Origin: an uncultured virus (IMG/VR IMGVR_UViG_3300033121_002345)
Taxonomy: Duplodnaviria > Heunggongvirae > Uroviricota > Caudoviricetes
Strand: one strand, 5' to 3'
DNA: 64,000 bases
Virus record (IMG/VR): IMGVR_UViG_3300033121_002345
In this document: piece by piece, positions 24,477 through 33,155 of the stretch
How positions within the stretch are numbered: the stretch's first letter is position 1
How the letters are laid out: each line of letters opens with the position of its first letter
Position numbers and translations under genes: made by a program
Notes under the pieces: generated by a model
The model's database searches: none
Told to the model about the DNA's origin: nothing
Seen by the model: only the letters and a program-made list of their open reading frames with translations

Positions 24477-27400
24477 TCAGAGGGACCCGAAAACCTGACG
24501 AGTCAGATCACTGTACTCCGGATATTTACGGAGTAGCTGAGCCATGCGGACCATGGCGGTGATCTCTTCCTTTGGGAAGACGCGCTCGATCTCGGCGTCT
24601 GTGAAGCCGACATCTCGAAGCATCCCGATGTACTCGTCCGGATTGCCGATGGTGTACCACACGTACACCAAGCGCGAGAAGTCTTCCAGTTTCGACTTAG
24701 CCTGGGCTCGATTCTCGCCGAGGAAGAGCCAACGCAGGCTCGAATCCTTCTTCTGGAAGCCGACGCTGTTCAAGAGAGCCACTGCTTGGTCCATAAGGCC
24801 AGGAGCAAGGAAGGCCGACGTGTCCTGAATCAGGAAGGACGGAGAAGTGATCAGCTTGCCCGAACGAATTCGTCCGATAATGGCGACGTCAAGCTGAATG
24901 GGGATGCCAGCGGGGCTGGGAGCAACGTCCAAGCCCGGAATCTCCGAACCCTCTTCCGTCTGCTGGTCTGCGACAGACTCAGGAGCCGCGGGGCTCTCCA
25001 CAGACGACGAAAGCTGGTCCTGCAGGATCTTCTTGTTCTGGCTGAAGATGGTGAACCGCTTCGTCTGACGGTAGAAGTTCTTGAGGTCAATCGTCTGCGG
25101 GTTCAGATTGAAGAGGCCGATGACCTTGGCTGCAGCAAGCACGTGGACGTCGGCAACGTCCTTATCGTTGAACAAGTCTCGGGCGGCTCGAACCAGAAGT
25201 TCACGGGCCACCTGCAGGTTTTCCTGCGACGGGTTGTATGCCAAGATCTGCTTGCTGGTGGCGTCTCCGGGGCGGAAGTTCGGAACTTCCTCCATGGCCG
25301 TGACCACGCGAGCCGTGCGCACCAATTTCTGGTAGTCGATCTTGGACTGAGGGAACGCCGGATCGATCGGCACCTTGCCCATGATCTTGGCATGCAGCTC
25401 CTGCTGGTTGACGACGTGAACGCCCTTGTCTCGAAGCAGAGCGAGGATCTCGAAGGCTTCCTTGGGATTGCGGAACATCCGAGCCAGCATGCCCTCGGTT
25501 TCCATCTTCTCGAAGCCTTCGAGGATGAACTTCATGCCATCCACGTACTCCATGGTGAGCCAATAGCCACCGTTGAAGAACACGAGCTTCGGGTTGATGA
25601 CGCCCTTCTTCATCTTCGAGGGCTTCACCGTCCAGGGGCCACGATTGAGGTCTGACTCCACGTACGGGGTCTCGATCTTCTCGGACCCTTCCATCTCCCC
25701 ACCTGTAGCCAGAGAACGCGTGTCCGTTCCGAAGACCTTGGGAGCGTTGCGGGCTTCTTCCTTCTCGTAGTCGCGAATCTCGCGGAACGCGTCAACGTGG
25801 CGAGAAACGGCGTCGAACGTGTTGAAGCTCGACATGTTCTCCAGGCTCATACCGACAAGTCGGAAGCGAGCATTGGAGGTGTATCCGGAGATGAGCTGAC
25901 GAACAGCGTGCATCTTGGACACCATACGAGCGAATTTCGTCAGCTCGGCAGTGCCTTCGCAGAAGATCAAGTCGACGTTGACCGTCGAGTAGCGCGGAGC
26001 ATCCGGGTCCTTCGGAGGCAGACGGTAAGCGCGAGCAATCGACTGCTCGTAGTTTCCCGGGTTCCACGGAAGGTCCACGCGAATGATGCGGTTTGCCATC
26101 TGGAGGTTCTGACCCTCCTGAATGGACTGCTCAACGGCGACAAGAATCTGAACGCCCGGGTCGCGCTTGAATCGAGTGAGAGCCTTGGTCTCACCGGCCT
26201 CGTAGTAGACCGCACGGCTCGACATCTGAATGGTTTCAGCGATGTGCCTGGCCACTTCCTTGAAGTGGGTGAAGATGATGACCTTGCCGCTGTTCGGGTC
26301 AGCAAAATGCCGGGCCAGGATGTTGTTGATGACCTTGATCTTCGGGCTCTCGCGATCCTGCTCTTCAACCAAGAAGTGATGGCCGAATTCGTCGGCCGGA
26401 GGGTAGTTCAGGAACTTGTCGATTGCGATGAACTTCGTGAGAAGAGGCTTGAAGTCCTCAACGTCCGGAGCATCCTCAGACTCGCCCTGAATTGCCTCGT
26501 AGCGCTTCCAAAGGTTCGCAATACGAGCCTGTGCCTTCTTGAAGGCCTCGCGCTTTGTAGCGTCAGTGAGGTCGAACTTCGCCCCACCGGCAGCGGGCTC
26601 GTCTTCTTCGGTGTCGTAGTCGACCTCAACGAAGTCACCTGCCTGGTCATCGTACTCGGGAAGAGCGACGGACGTAGGCTTCTGCCACTTGCTGATGCGG
26701 TCGCGGGCCAACGGCTTGTCAGCGTTCTTGTCACGCATCTCACGCTGAAGCTCCAGGCCGACCGTACCTGGCTCCAATTCACCAAGAAGCTCCTCCTTGA
26801 TGATTCGGTCCAGCAGACGTTCGTAGACGATACGCTGCGGACCTGTGAGGGTGGCCTTGTGGTAGCTGACCTGCATGTCAGGCAGTTCGTTGAGCCATGC
26901 GCTTCGACGAATCGAAACACCAGCTCGACGGCTGATCAGCTCGCGGATCTGCTTGATGGCTCCGGGCTTGAACTCCTCGACCTTCTTCGAGCGCGTGACG
27001 CTCAAAGCGTACTTGTCGAGGAACTGCTTCCGAGATCCAAGAACCGACGGGTCCAAGAAGGACATCTGAAGGAAAATGTCGTCAGGGCTGCCAGGGGTGA
27101 TGGTTCCTGAGTAGCAACGCTTGTACGGGACGAGCGAAGACATCTGCAGAACCGCTTCTGCGCGGCCTGAGGCCTTTCCAGATGCGTTGATGCGCACAGC
27201 GTGAGACTCGTCAAGGACGAGCATGTCAACGCCAATTCGGGTCACCATCCAGCTCGGGTGCCGATAGCGGATGCCAGAGGCCATCTTGACCTGGTCTTCT
27301 TGGCCGCCTCGGAGCCACTCGTAGCTCGTCATCAGAATGGTGTTCTTCGGTGCCTCGCGAATCATCTTCGTGAGCGCCTGGAGGCCCGCGTTCTTGGAGC

Positions 27401-28667
27401 CCTCCGAAGGAAGACCCTTCCGAGGACCGCGCTGAAGACGCTGGGCCTCCGGGTCCAACTGCTTCACCGTCTGCGTGTTGATGACGATGAAGTTGACTGT
27501 GCCCTGGGTCCACTCCTCCAGCTCTGCCTTCTGATCGCTGAGAAGCGCATTCGGCATGACGATGCAGGGACGCGTCACCAGACCTCGGTTCATCTTGTCG
27601 AGAATGTCGGCAAGAAGCATCAGGGTCTTGCCTGCGCCAGGGTCAGCATCGACCATGGCCGACTTTCTTTCCTTCAAGAAGGCGAGGGCGTACGACTGGT
27701 GAGGGAGGAATCGTGTGTCTGGTTTGACGTGGGGAACTTCGGGGGCGTCCGCCGGATCAACGGACATTGCCTTGTCCTCGTCCGCGAGGAGTCCCTTGAA
27801 GTACTCAGAGTGCTTATCAGCAAACAGCACAGCCGTGATGAGCTGAGCGTAGTATTCGCCCAGCATGTCGTTCTTCACGGAAGCAGTGCCTGCCTTGAAC
27901 TTGGTCTCCAGTTCACGAATCTGCGAGTTCACGTACTCGCGGAAGTCGTTGTTCTTCGCGTACATGAAGAGAGGGATTCCGCCGTCCCGTTCAAAGTCCA
28001 CGTTCGAGATCGACTTGAGCCGCTCACGACGTGCGTTGGCTTCGTGAGAATTGTCCTTCGGGTTGATGAAGAAGAATTCTTCCAAGCGACCTGACTGCCA
28101 AGTCTGACGCAGGCCAGCGGGAGTCTTGAAGTGGTCCTTGACTGGAATCTTGGTGTCGAGGACTGACAGAATCAGGTTTCGGTTCTCTGTCAGTTCGACA
28201 AGGTGTCCGAGCTGGACCGAATCGATCATTCCCGCCTTGTCCACGAGATAGACAAGACCATGCATGGGGTCGGAGTAAATGATCTGGTTTCGGATGGTGC
28301 GCTCTTGCATCACCGAGTCGATCTGCTTCAGCTCTTCTCCCGTATCCGGGTCGGTCTTTGTACCAAGCGGGAAGGTCTTCTTCGTACGCTGGTTGAGCAT
28401 CGCGTCGCTAGGGGGCGGTGCCACGGGAACCTTGATAGTGAGGTTCGAGTAGTCGTACTCCGGCGGAGCATCAATAGCGTCTTCCTTTTCGCGCTTCTTC
28501 TGTTCCTTGGTCTCCGTGAGACGCTCGTTCAGAGTCGAAGCGTTGAGAGAAAGCTGGTTCAGAACGTCGACCTGAGGAACGTAGACGACAGAGCCGTACG
28601 CACCCTGGTAAAGATTGCCAGGCTTGAAGCGTTCCTTCATGTTCGCCGTCTTCTCCACGAAGATCAC
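24477..28667 (-). CDS. large SNF2-family (SF2) ATPase/helicase
   Basis: 1396 aa; 'DADPGAGKT' (Walker A), 'VLDESH' (Walker B), 'SGT', 'KVIIFT', 'EGQNLQ', 'PWNP..YEQSIARAYR'. Confidence 0.9.
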   Translation of the reverse strand: MIFVEKTANMKERFKPGNLYQGAYGSVVYVPQVDVLNQLSLNASTLNERLTETKEQKKREKEDAIDAPPEYDYSNLTIKVPVAPPPSDAMLNQRTKKTFPLGTKTDPDTGEELKQIDSVMQERTIRNQIIYSDPMHGLVYLVDKAGMIDSVQLGHLVELTENRNLILSVLDTKIPVKDHFKTPAGLRQTWQSGRLEEFFFINPKDNSHEANARRERLKSISNVDFERDGGIPLFMYAKNNDFREYVNSQIRELETKFKAGTASVKNDMLGEYYAQLITAVLFADKHSEYFKGLLADEDKAMSVDPADAPEVPHVKPDTRFLPHQSYALAFLKERKSAMVDADPGAGKTLMLLADILDKMNRGLVTRPCIVMPNALLSDQKAELEEWTQGTVNFIVINTQTVKQLDPEAQRLQRGPRKGLPSEGSKNAGLQALTKMIREAPKNTILMTSYEWLRGGQEDQVKMASGIRYRHPSWMVTRIGVDMLVLDESHAVRINASGKASGRAEAVLQMSSLVPYKRCYSGTITPGSPDDIFLQMSFLDPSVLGSRKQFLDKYALSVTRSKKVEEFKPGAIKQIRELISRRAGVSIRRSAWLNELPDMQVSYHKATLTGPQRIVYERLLDRIIKEELLGELEPGTVGLELQREMRDKNADKPLARDRISKWQKPTSVALPEYDDQAGDFVEVDYDTEEDEPAAGGAKFDLTDATKREAFKKAQARIANLWKRYEAIQGESEDAPDVEDFKPLLTKFIAIDKFLNYPPADEFGHHFLVEEQDRESPKIKVINNILARHFADPNSGKVIIFTHFKEVARHIAETIQMSSRAVYYEAGETKALTRFKRDPGVQILVAVEQSIQEGQNLQMANRIIRVDLPWNPGNYEQSIARAYRLPPKDPDAPRYSTVNVDLIFCEGTAELTKFARMVSKMHAVRQLISGYTSNARFRLVGMSLENMSSFNTFDAVSRHVDAFREIRDYEKEEARNAPKVFGTDTRSLATGGEMEGSEKIETPYVESDLNRGPWTVKPSKMKKGVINPKLVFFNGGYWLTMEYVDGMKFILEGFEKMETEGMLARMFRNPKEAFEILALLRDKGVHVVNQQELHAKIMGKVPIDPAFPQSKIDYQKLVRTARVVTAMEEVPNFRPGDATSKQILAYNPSQENLQVARELLVRAARDLFNDKDVADVHVLAAAKVIGLFNLNPQTIDLKNFYRQTKRFTIFSQNKKILQDQLSSSVESPAAPESVADQQTEEGSEIPGLDVAPSPAGIPIQLDVAIIGRIRSGKLITSPSFLIQDTSAFLAPGLMDQAVALLNSVGFQKKDSSLRWLFLGENRAQAKSKLEDFSRLVYVWYTIGNPDEYIGMLRDVGFTDAEIERVFPKEEITAMVRMAQLLRKYPEYSDLTRQVFGSL

Positions 28668-28978
28668 TCCATGTCCCCGGAATCGAAGACCTTATCGGGA
28701 TAGGTTGGGTCCTTTGCAACCTTTTCCCACAGCTTGTAGGGAATTGAACCCTTCAGCTCAGGGGCCAACTTCTTGGTCAAGGAGACCAAGAGGGTGCAAA
28801 TCTCCTTACGGCGGTCAGGCTCCAACCTGTAGAGCTTGACGAGGCGCCAGTTAAACTGGGAGTAGTAGATCTCGCTCGCCGTTACCTGGTCCTCCTTGGA
28901 CCCGGAACGCCCAGTGATCAGGTCGATCACCGGCCTCTGGGGAACGTCAACATCTGCTACTGCGTCGAAAGCCGCCAT
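28664..28978 (-). CDS. hypothetical protein
   Basis: 104-aa ORF whose stop overlaps the SNF2 start. Confidence 0.65.
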   Translation of the reverse strand: MAAFDAVADVDVPQRPVIDLITGRSGSKEDQVTASEIYYSQFNWRLVKLYRLEPDRRKEICTLLVSLTKKLAPELKGSIPYKLWEKVAKDPTYPDKVFDSGDME

Positions 28979-28983
28979 GTTCT

Positions 28984-29607
28984 TCAGCCCTTAGCGAAAG
29001 AATAACCATCCGCCTTCAAGGCATTCTGGAGCTTCTTGGTCAATCTCATGACCTTGTGGCGGCCAGTATGACCATCTTCCTTGAGCTGAGCCATCAGCTC
29101 GTGGAGAAGATGTTCGGACTCATTGCGATAACCGTGACCAGCACGAGCGATCAGCTCCAGCTTCTCGATATGGCCAAGAGCCTTGTCCACACGAGCCAGT
29201 CTTTGCTTCAGGTCATCTCGCATTGCAACTCTCCGAACGAGGTCTTGAATTTCCGGGATCCTCCGAAGACCAGGATAAGCAGGATTCACATCAGGCGAAC
29301 GGGCGGGACCGTCGACATGTCGTCTGGCTTTGCTGGGGTAAAAGCCGTAGTCGTCGGTATTTTGTGAAGGAGTTCGCGGAGTTCTGCGAACGTACTGAGA
29401 TTCGTCATCTGTGGGATCGTGCCACGGCACGAGTTTCAGCCCCTCCAGCTTCTCCTTCAGCTTCTCCTCGTCAGGGTGCAGAACCACCCGAACCTCGTAC
29501 TCGTCGTCAGACTTCAAATGAACCAGCTTAGGATAGCTGCGAAAGCCTCCCTTTTCCAGCTTTTCTCTTAGGGAGGCCCTAAGCTTCTCCGCCGCATCGT
29601 GGTTCAT
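28984..29607 (-). CDS. hypothetical charged protein
   Basis: 207 aa, ATGA coupling with the upstream gene. Confidence 0.7.
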   Translation of the reverse strand: MNHDAAEKLRASLREKLEKGGFRSYPKLVHLKSDDEYEVRVVLHPDEEKLKEKLEGLKLVPWHDPTDDESQYVRRTPRTPSQNTDDYGFYPSKARRHVDGPARSPDVNPAYPGLRRIPEIQDLVRRVAMRDDLKQRLARVDKALGHIEKLELIARAGHGYRNESEHLLHELMAQLKEDGHTGRHKVMRLTKKLQNALKADGYSFAKG

Positions 29608-29888
29608 GAAATCTTCAGGGAACCTCCCGCAGAAACCGGAAGGTTGATACGAACGCCGCCAGCGGAACCGACTTCACCGGACGCAGTAGGCGATACGAGG
29701 GGCTGCTTGACTTCGACGTATCCCAGGGTGCCCGTGACCTTGATCAGGATCGCGTTCACTTCATGGGGCCCTCGTGGAGCCATGATGGCCCCGGTCTGTC
29801 CTGGGGCGGGAGCCTCCACAAAGCGGACAGGGTCACCCGCCTTTGCGCCAGCAAAACCGATTGTGCCGTACTTGAAAGTCTTCCTCAT
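29604..29888 (-). CDS. small Gly/Ala-rich protein (possible virion component)
   Basis: 94 aa, ATGA overlaps on both sides. Confidence 0.6.
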   Translation of the reverse strand: MRKTFKYGTIGFAGAKAGDPVRFVEAPAPGQTGAIMAPRGPHEVNAILIKVTGTLGYVEVKQPLVSPTASGEVGSAGGVRINLPVSAGGSLKIS

Positions 29889-30229
29889 GCTGAGGCCTTT
29901 AGAAGGCGGCCAAGCCGCTCCACCTGCTTCATCCTGTTGGAGACCACTACGAGACGAGCGTGAAGACGAAGCATCGCAGCACGGGACTGCTCGAACTTCT
30001 GAACGGCTGCGTCAAAGAATGGACGAAGAACCGGCTCGATCTGATCCAGGAAATTGCCTTCCTGTGCAATCCGGTAGAGCATACGGCAGCCGATGGTCAC
30101 ACCGCGCCAGTCGCCCTTTTCGGCGAGTGCCTTGACACCAGCAAGCTGCGCAAGGAAACGCTTGTCCCCCTGTGCCGCCTGCTGCATAGCGGCGAACGGA
30201 TCGTTTGCGGCGTCTGCTCGCTTCTTCAT
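29885..30229 (-). CDS. hypothetical helical protein
   Basis: start moved to ATG 30229 (MKKRADAANDPF), right after the upstream stop and a GAGG. Confidence 0.65.
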   Translation of the reverse strand: MKKRADAANDPFAAMQQAAQGDKRFLAQLAGVKALAEKGDWRGVTIGCRMLYRIAQEGNFLDQIEPVLRPFFDAAVQKFEQSRAAMLRLHARLVVVSNRMKQVERLGRLLKASA

Positions 30230-30230
30230 C

Positions 30231-30716
30231 TCAGTCCTCTTCGTCCAACAGTGTAGGGGCAGGGAAGGGCGTTCCCTGAGGAGGCTCCTGCAACGGAAGA
30301 GCATCGAGCTGCACGATGACGCAGTACGCGTTTCGCTCTTCCGCCATGATACGCTTGTGAGTCAACGGGAGAATCCAGTTGGTCTCACGCTTACGAGGAA
30401 TCACGAGTAGACGGCCATTGACGAACTTCTCATCGTACCAGCCAGGGATCAAGTGCAGGATGGACTTGTCGTCCACCTTCTCGACCGGCTCCACGATGAA
30501 GCATCCACGGTTCTTACCCGAGCTGATCTCCTTGACGACACGGCACTTCCACAGCTCGCCATGCTTCGGCATCAATTCCGGGTGGTTCTGGCGGTAGTGG
30601 CGTGAAACTACAGCGATCTTCAGAAGCGTGCGACTGATAACTTCGTTCTCGTTATCGCCGCTGGGCTTCTTGTCCTTGTAGTTGGTGTTCTCGAAAAACT
30701 TCAGAATGCAAAGCAT
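30231..30716 (-). CDS. hypothetical protein
   Basis: 161 aa with GGAG RBS. Confidence 0.7.
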   Translation of the reverse strand: MLCILKFFENTNYKDKKPSGDNENEVISRTLLKIAVVSRHYRQNHPELMPKHGELWKCRVVKEISSGKNRGCFIVEPVEKVDDKSILHLIPGWYDEKFVNGRLLVIPRKRETNWILPLTHKRIMAEERNAYCVIVQLDALPLQEPPQGTPFPAPTLLDEED

Positions 30717-30726
30717 GAGTACTCCA

Positions 30727-31632
30727 TTAAGGCAGGGGGTCGTAATTGATTACCAGAGACTGCAGGTCCACGGAATCCAGAGCTGGAGTCCGGAACGTCA
30801 GCTCCACAGTGTAGATGTCGCCTTGGGTAAATACGCCCGAAGCCGGATTGACACTAACTACGAAGTCCGAAAATGTCGGACTCGGACCGATCGTCGAACC
30901 ACTCAGAGTTACAGAGTTTCCGTCGGTATCGCGCATCGCGACGAGTAGCTGAGAATTGGGGTCGATGATCGCCCGGATCACGATAGAGACAGGACGAAAA
31001 CGACCGGCCGTGTAGGGCACGATGACTGTAGTGGTCTCGAAGAAGGGCGGAGGCGGACCCAGACCATCTGTCTCCACACGAGTGAATACGTCCGGAGCGG
31101 AGTATCCGTTGGTGAACGACGTGTTGAAGCCGGTCACCGAGTTCACCCAACGAGCCGTCATTGGGGGAAGGATGACCGTAGGAACGAGCTGAGGGCTGTC
31201 CTCAGCCTGCCCCAAGACCTTACGAGCGGGCGTGATAAAGTAGTCCGCCAGGGGCACAGCGCCACCGGGGTATCGAATGTAGGCGATCGGAACGCCGTTG
31301 GTGATTGCGGACTGCGAAAGCAGTCCGACCTCCACGGCGTAGAGCGCAGCCTGACCGCCGATCACGTCAGCATCAGTATGACGAAGGGTGATCGTGTAGT
31401 TCGTAGCTGCCGCGGGCAGAGGAGAAATCCTCAGCTCGATCGGAGTGGTTTCCCCGACCAAGATGCCGCTGGGGAGCATCAGGAAGCCAGGAGAAAGAGA
31501 CATCGTGTCCGTGTCGATGAGCGACACGTCGTATCCAGTGTAGACACCAGGCTCGTGAAGAGCCGCCGTCGCTGTGGTGGCCCTCTCCGAGGTAAAAGTA
31601 TCGCCGTAATTCCAGATGCGGCGTTGAGTCAT
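30727..31632 (-). CDS. putative baseplate/tail-fibre-associated structural protein
   Basis: start ATG 31632 (MTQRRIWNYG); beta-rich, with an N-terminal domain similar in pattern to neighbouring fibre-like proteins. Confidence 0.55.
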   Translation of the reverse strand: MTQRRIWNYGDTFTSERATTATAALHEPGVYTGYDVSLIDTDTMSLSPGFLMLPSGILVGETTPIELRISPLPAAATNYTITLRHTDADVIGGQAALYAVEVGLLSQSAITNGVPIAYIRYPGGAVPLADYFITPARKVLGQAEDSPQLVPTVILPPMTARWVNSVTGFNTSFTNGYSAPDVFTRVETDGLGPPPPFFETTTVIVPYTAGRFRPVSIVIRAIIDPNSQLLVAMRDTDGNSVTLSGSTIGPSPTFSDFVVSVNPASGVFTQGDIYTVELTFRTPALDSVDLQSLVINYDPLP

Positions 31633-33143
31633 GGCATCTCCTCGTAGTAGCCCTGAACCCATCCACGCCAGGCACCAACGTCCGTTGGTGTGCTTCCAGA
31701 GCAGATGATGCTGATTGAGAATGTGCTGTCGACCGGCACGTCAAGTCCTGTTGTAACCATATGGTCAGGATCAATCTCAGTGACGCCGTAGAGCACGAAG
31801 GGCGGGGTTAGATTTGCCCGGACGGCAAAGCCCAGTGAACTCACTGAAGTCGAGATGTTCTCGAACTGAAAGTTCACCTTCACCAGCCTAGAATGGGGAG
31901 GAACTGCCTCAAAACCGTCACCATCAGGGTTGATGGTGTCTGTTTGTGTGGTGCTTGGAGCGATCAAGGCGCCGCCAGCAGGGTGAATCTTGCCCTGTGT
32001 AGCCGCTCCGGCGTAGCCTGCTTCGGACGTGTACGCCAAAGCCGTGTAGCCGCCTGCCTTCCGGAAGGGGAGGGGAAAGAAGGTACCACCGTTGTCGTAG
32101 AGACGAACCGCTCCCATGTACATGGCAACAGCATTTGGGTCTGAAACCGGCCAAGGGACAGGCAGATCGAGAGCGGCCGAAGGCTTTCCTCGTGTGTGGT
32201 TGTCCGTCGCGTCGGGAGGTACTGACGTCAAAACCATCGCAGAGAAACCGCAATTCAAGTTCGGGCGGTACGCGTAGATGTAATACCAGCGGTTCACCTG
32301 AAGAACGAGGCTGGCCGGCTTGTCTACGTTGACGTTGATCTGAGGGCGGCCGAGAGATGCCTGCTGGGGAGTTGTCCCGAGAGGCGAACAGTACTGACCC
32401 ATGTGAACCCAGTTCGCCGTAGCAGTCACCATTTGGCCGTTGCTGGACATGGAGACCGCAGACCTGAATCCGTCCTTGTTTGTGTTGGTCGGCCGCGGAG
32501 GAGAGCAGAACTCGAACATCTTGCGGAGGTCCAGCACCTGGAACCCCGCAGAAATGACAGCACTGGGCGTTACACGGATCGCAGCAACAGGCAGCCACGC
32601 TTGGTCAGGCTGCAGTGTGGGAAGTCGAGCGTTCGCAAGAGAATCCGGAACGCCCGAACGGATGCGGAGCTTCAGGTTCGAAGACACAGTCTTCGGCACC
32701 ACTGTAGGCACCAACGTACGAGTCGGACCGATATTCGTCAGCACCTGACGAGTCTCAGTAGCAGTGACCTCCTCGGCCGAAACCTCGATGAGGTCCCAGC
32801 GATGAAGAGTCGTGTGCGCCACAGGCAGCGTCAGAGTCGTGTCCCCGTCTACCGAGGCCAGGCGATAGCGATTGTTTCGAGAGGTGTCGCCGCCGCCGAA
32901 AGCAAAAATGCCCAACCCAGAGCTGACTGTGATGTTGAGGTTGGTAAGAGACGTACCGATGAGGAGGCCGCTCAGAATAGAGCCGGCAAAGACAGTTCCG
33001 ACTGAGCTGGGACCTCCGCGGAAGGAGCCATTGAACATGGCCTCCAGCGCTGAATTGAGGTCTTGGCTCCTCCAGTCCTGAGCGTCAGAGACGTCTTCGT
33101 TGAAGACGACCTCATTGTCATTGAGTATGATCTTCTTGACCAT
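31629..33143 (-). CDS. putative tail fibre/baseplate protein
   Basis: 504 aa; N-terminal 'ITVSSG...LPVAH...RWDLI' pattern typical of fibre-attachment domains. Confidence 0.6.
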   Translation of the reverse strand: MVKKIILNDNEVVFNEDVSDAQDWRSQDLNSALEAMFNGSFRGGPSSVGTVFAGSILSGLLIGTSLTNLNITVSSGLGIFAFGGGDTSRNNRYRLASVDGDTTLTLPVAHTTLHRWDLIEVSAEEVTATETRQVLTNIGPTRTLVPTVVPKTVSSNLKLRIRSGVPDSLANARLPTLQPDQAWLPVAAIRVTPSAVISAGFQVLDLRKMFEFCSPPRPTNTNKDGFRSAVSMSSNGQMVTATANWVHMGQYCSPLGTTPQQASLGRPQINVNVDKPASLVLQVNRWYYIYAYRPNLNCGFSAMVLTSVPPDATDNHTRGKPSAALDLPVPWPVSDPNAVAMYMGAVRLYDNGGTFFPLPFRKAGGYTALAYTSEAGYAGAATQGKIHPAGGALIAPSTTQTDTINPDGDGFEAVPPHSRLVKVNFQFENISTSVSSLGFAVRANLTPPFVLYGVTEIDPDHMVTTGLDVPVDSTFSISIICSGSTPTDVGAWRGWVQGYYEEMP

Positions 33144-33155
33144 GGCTTTCCGTTA

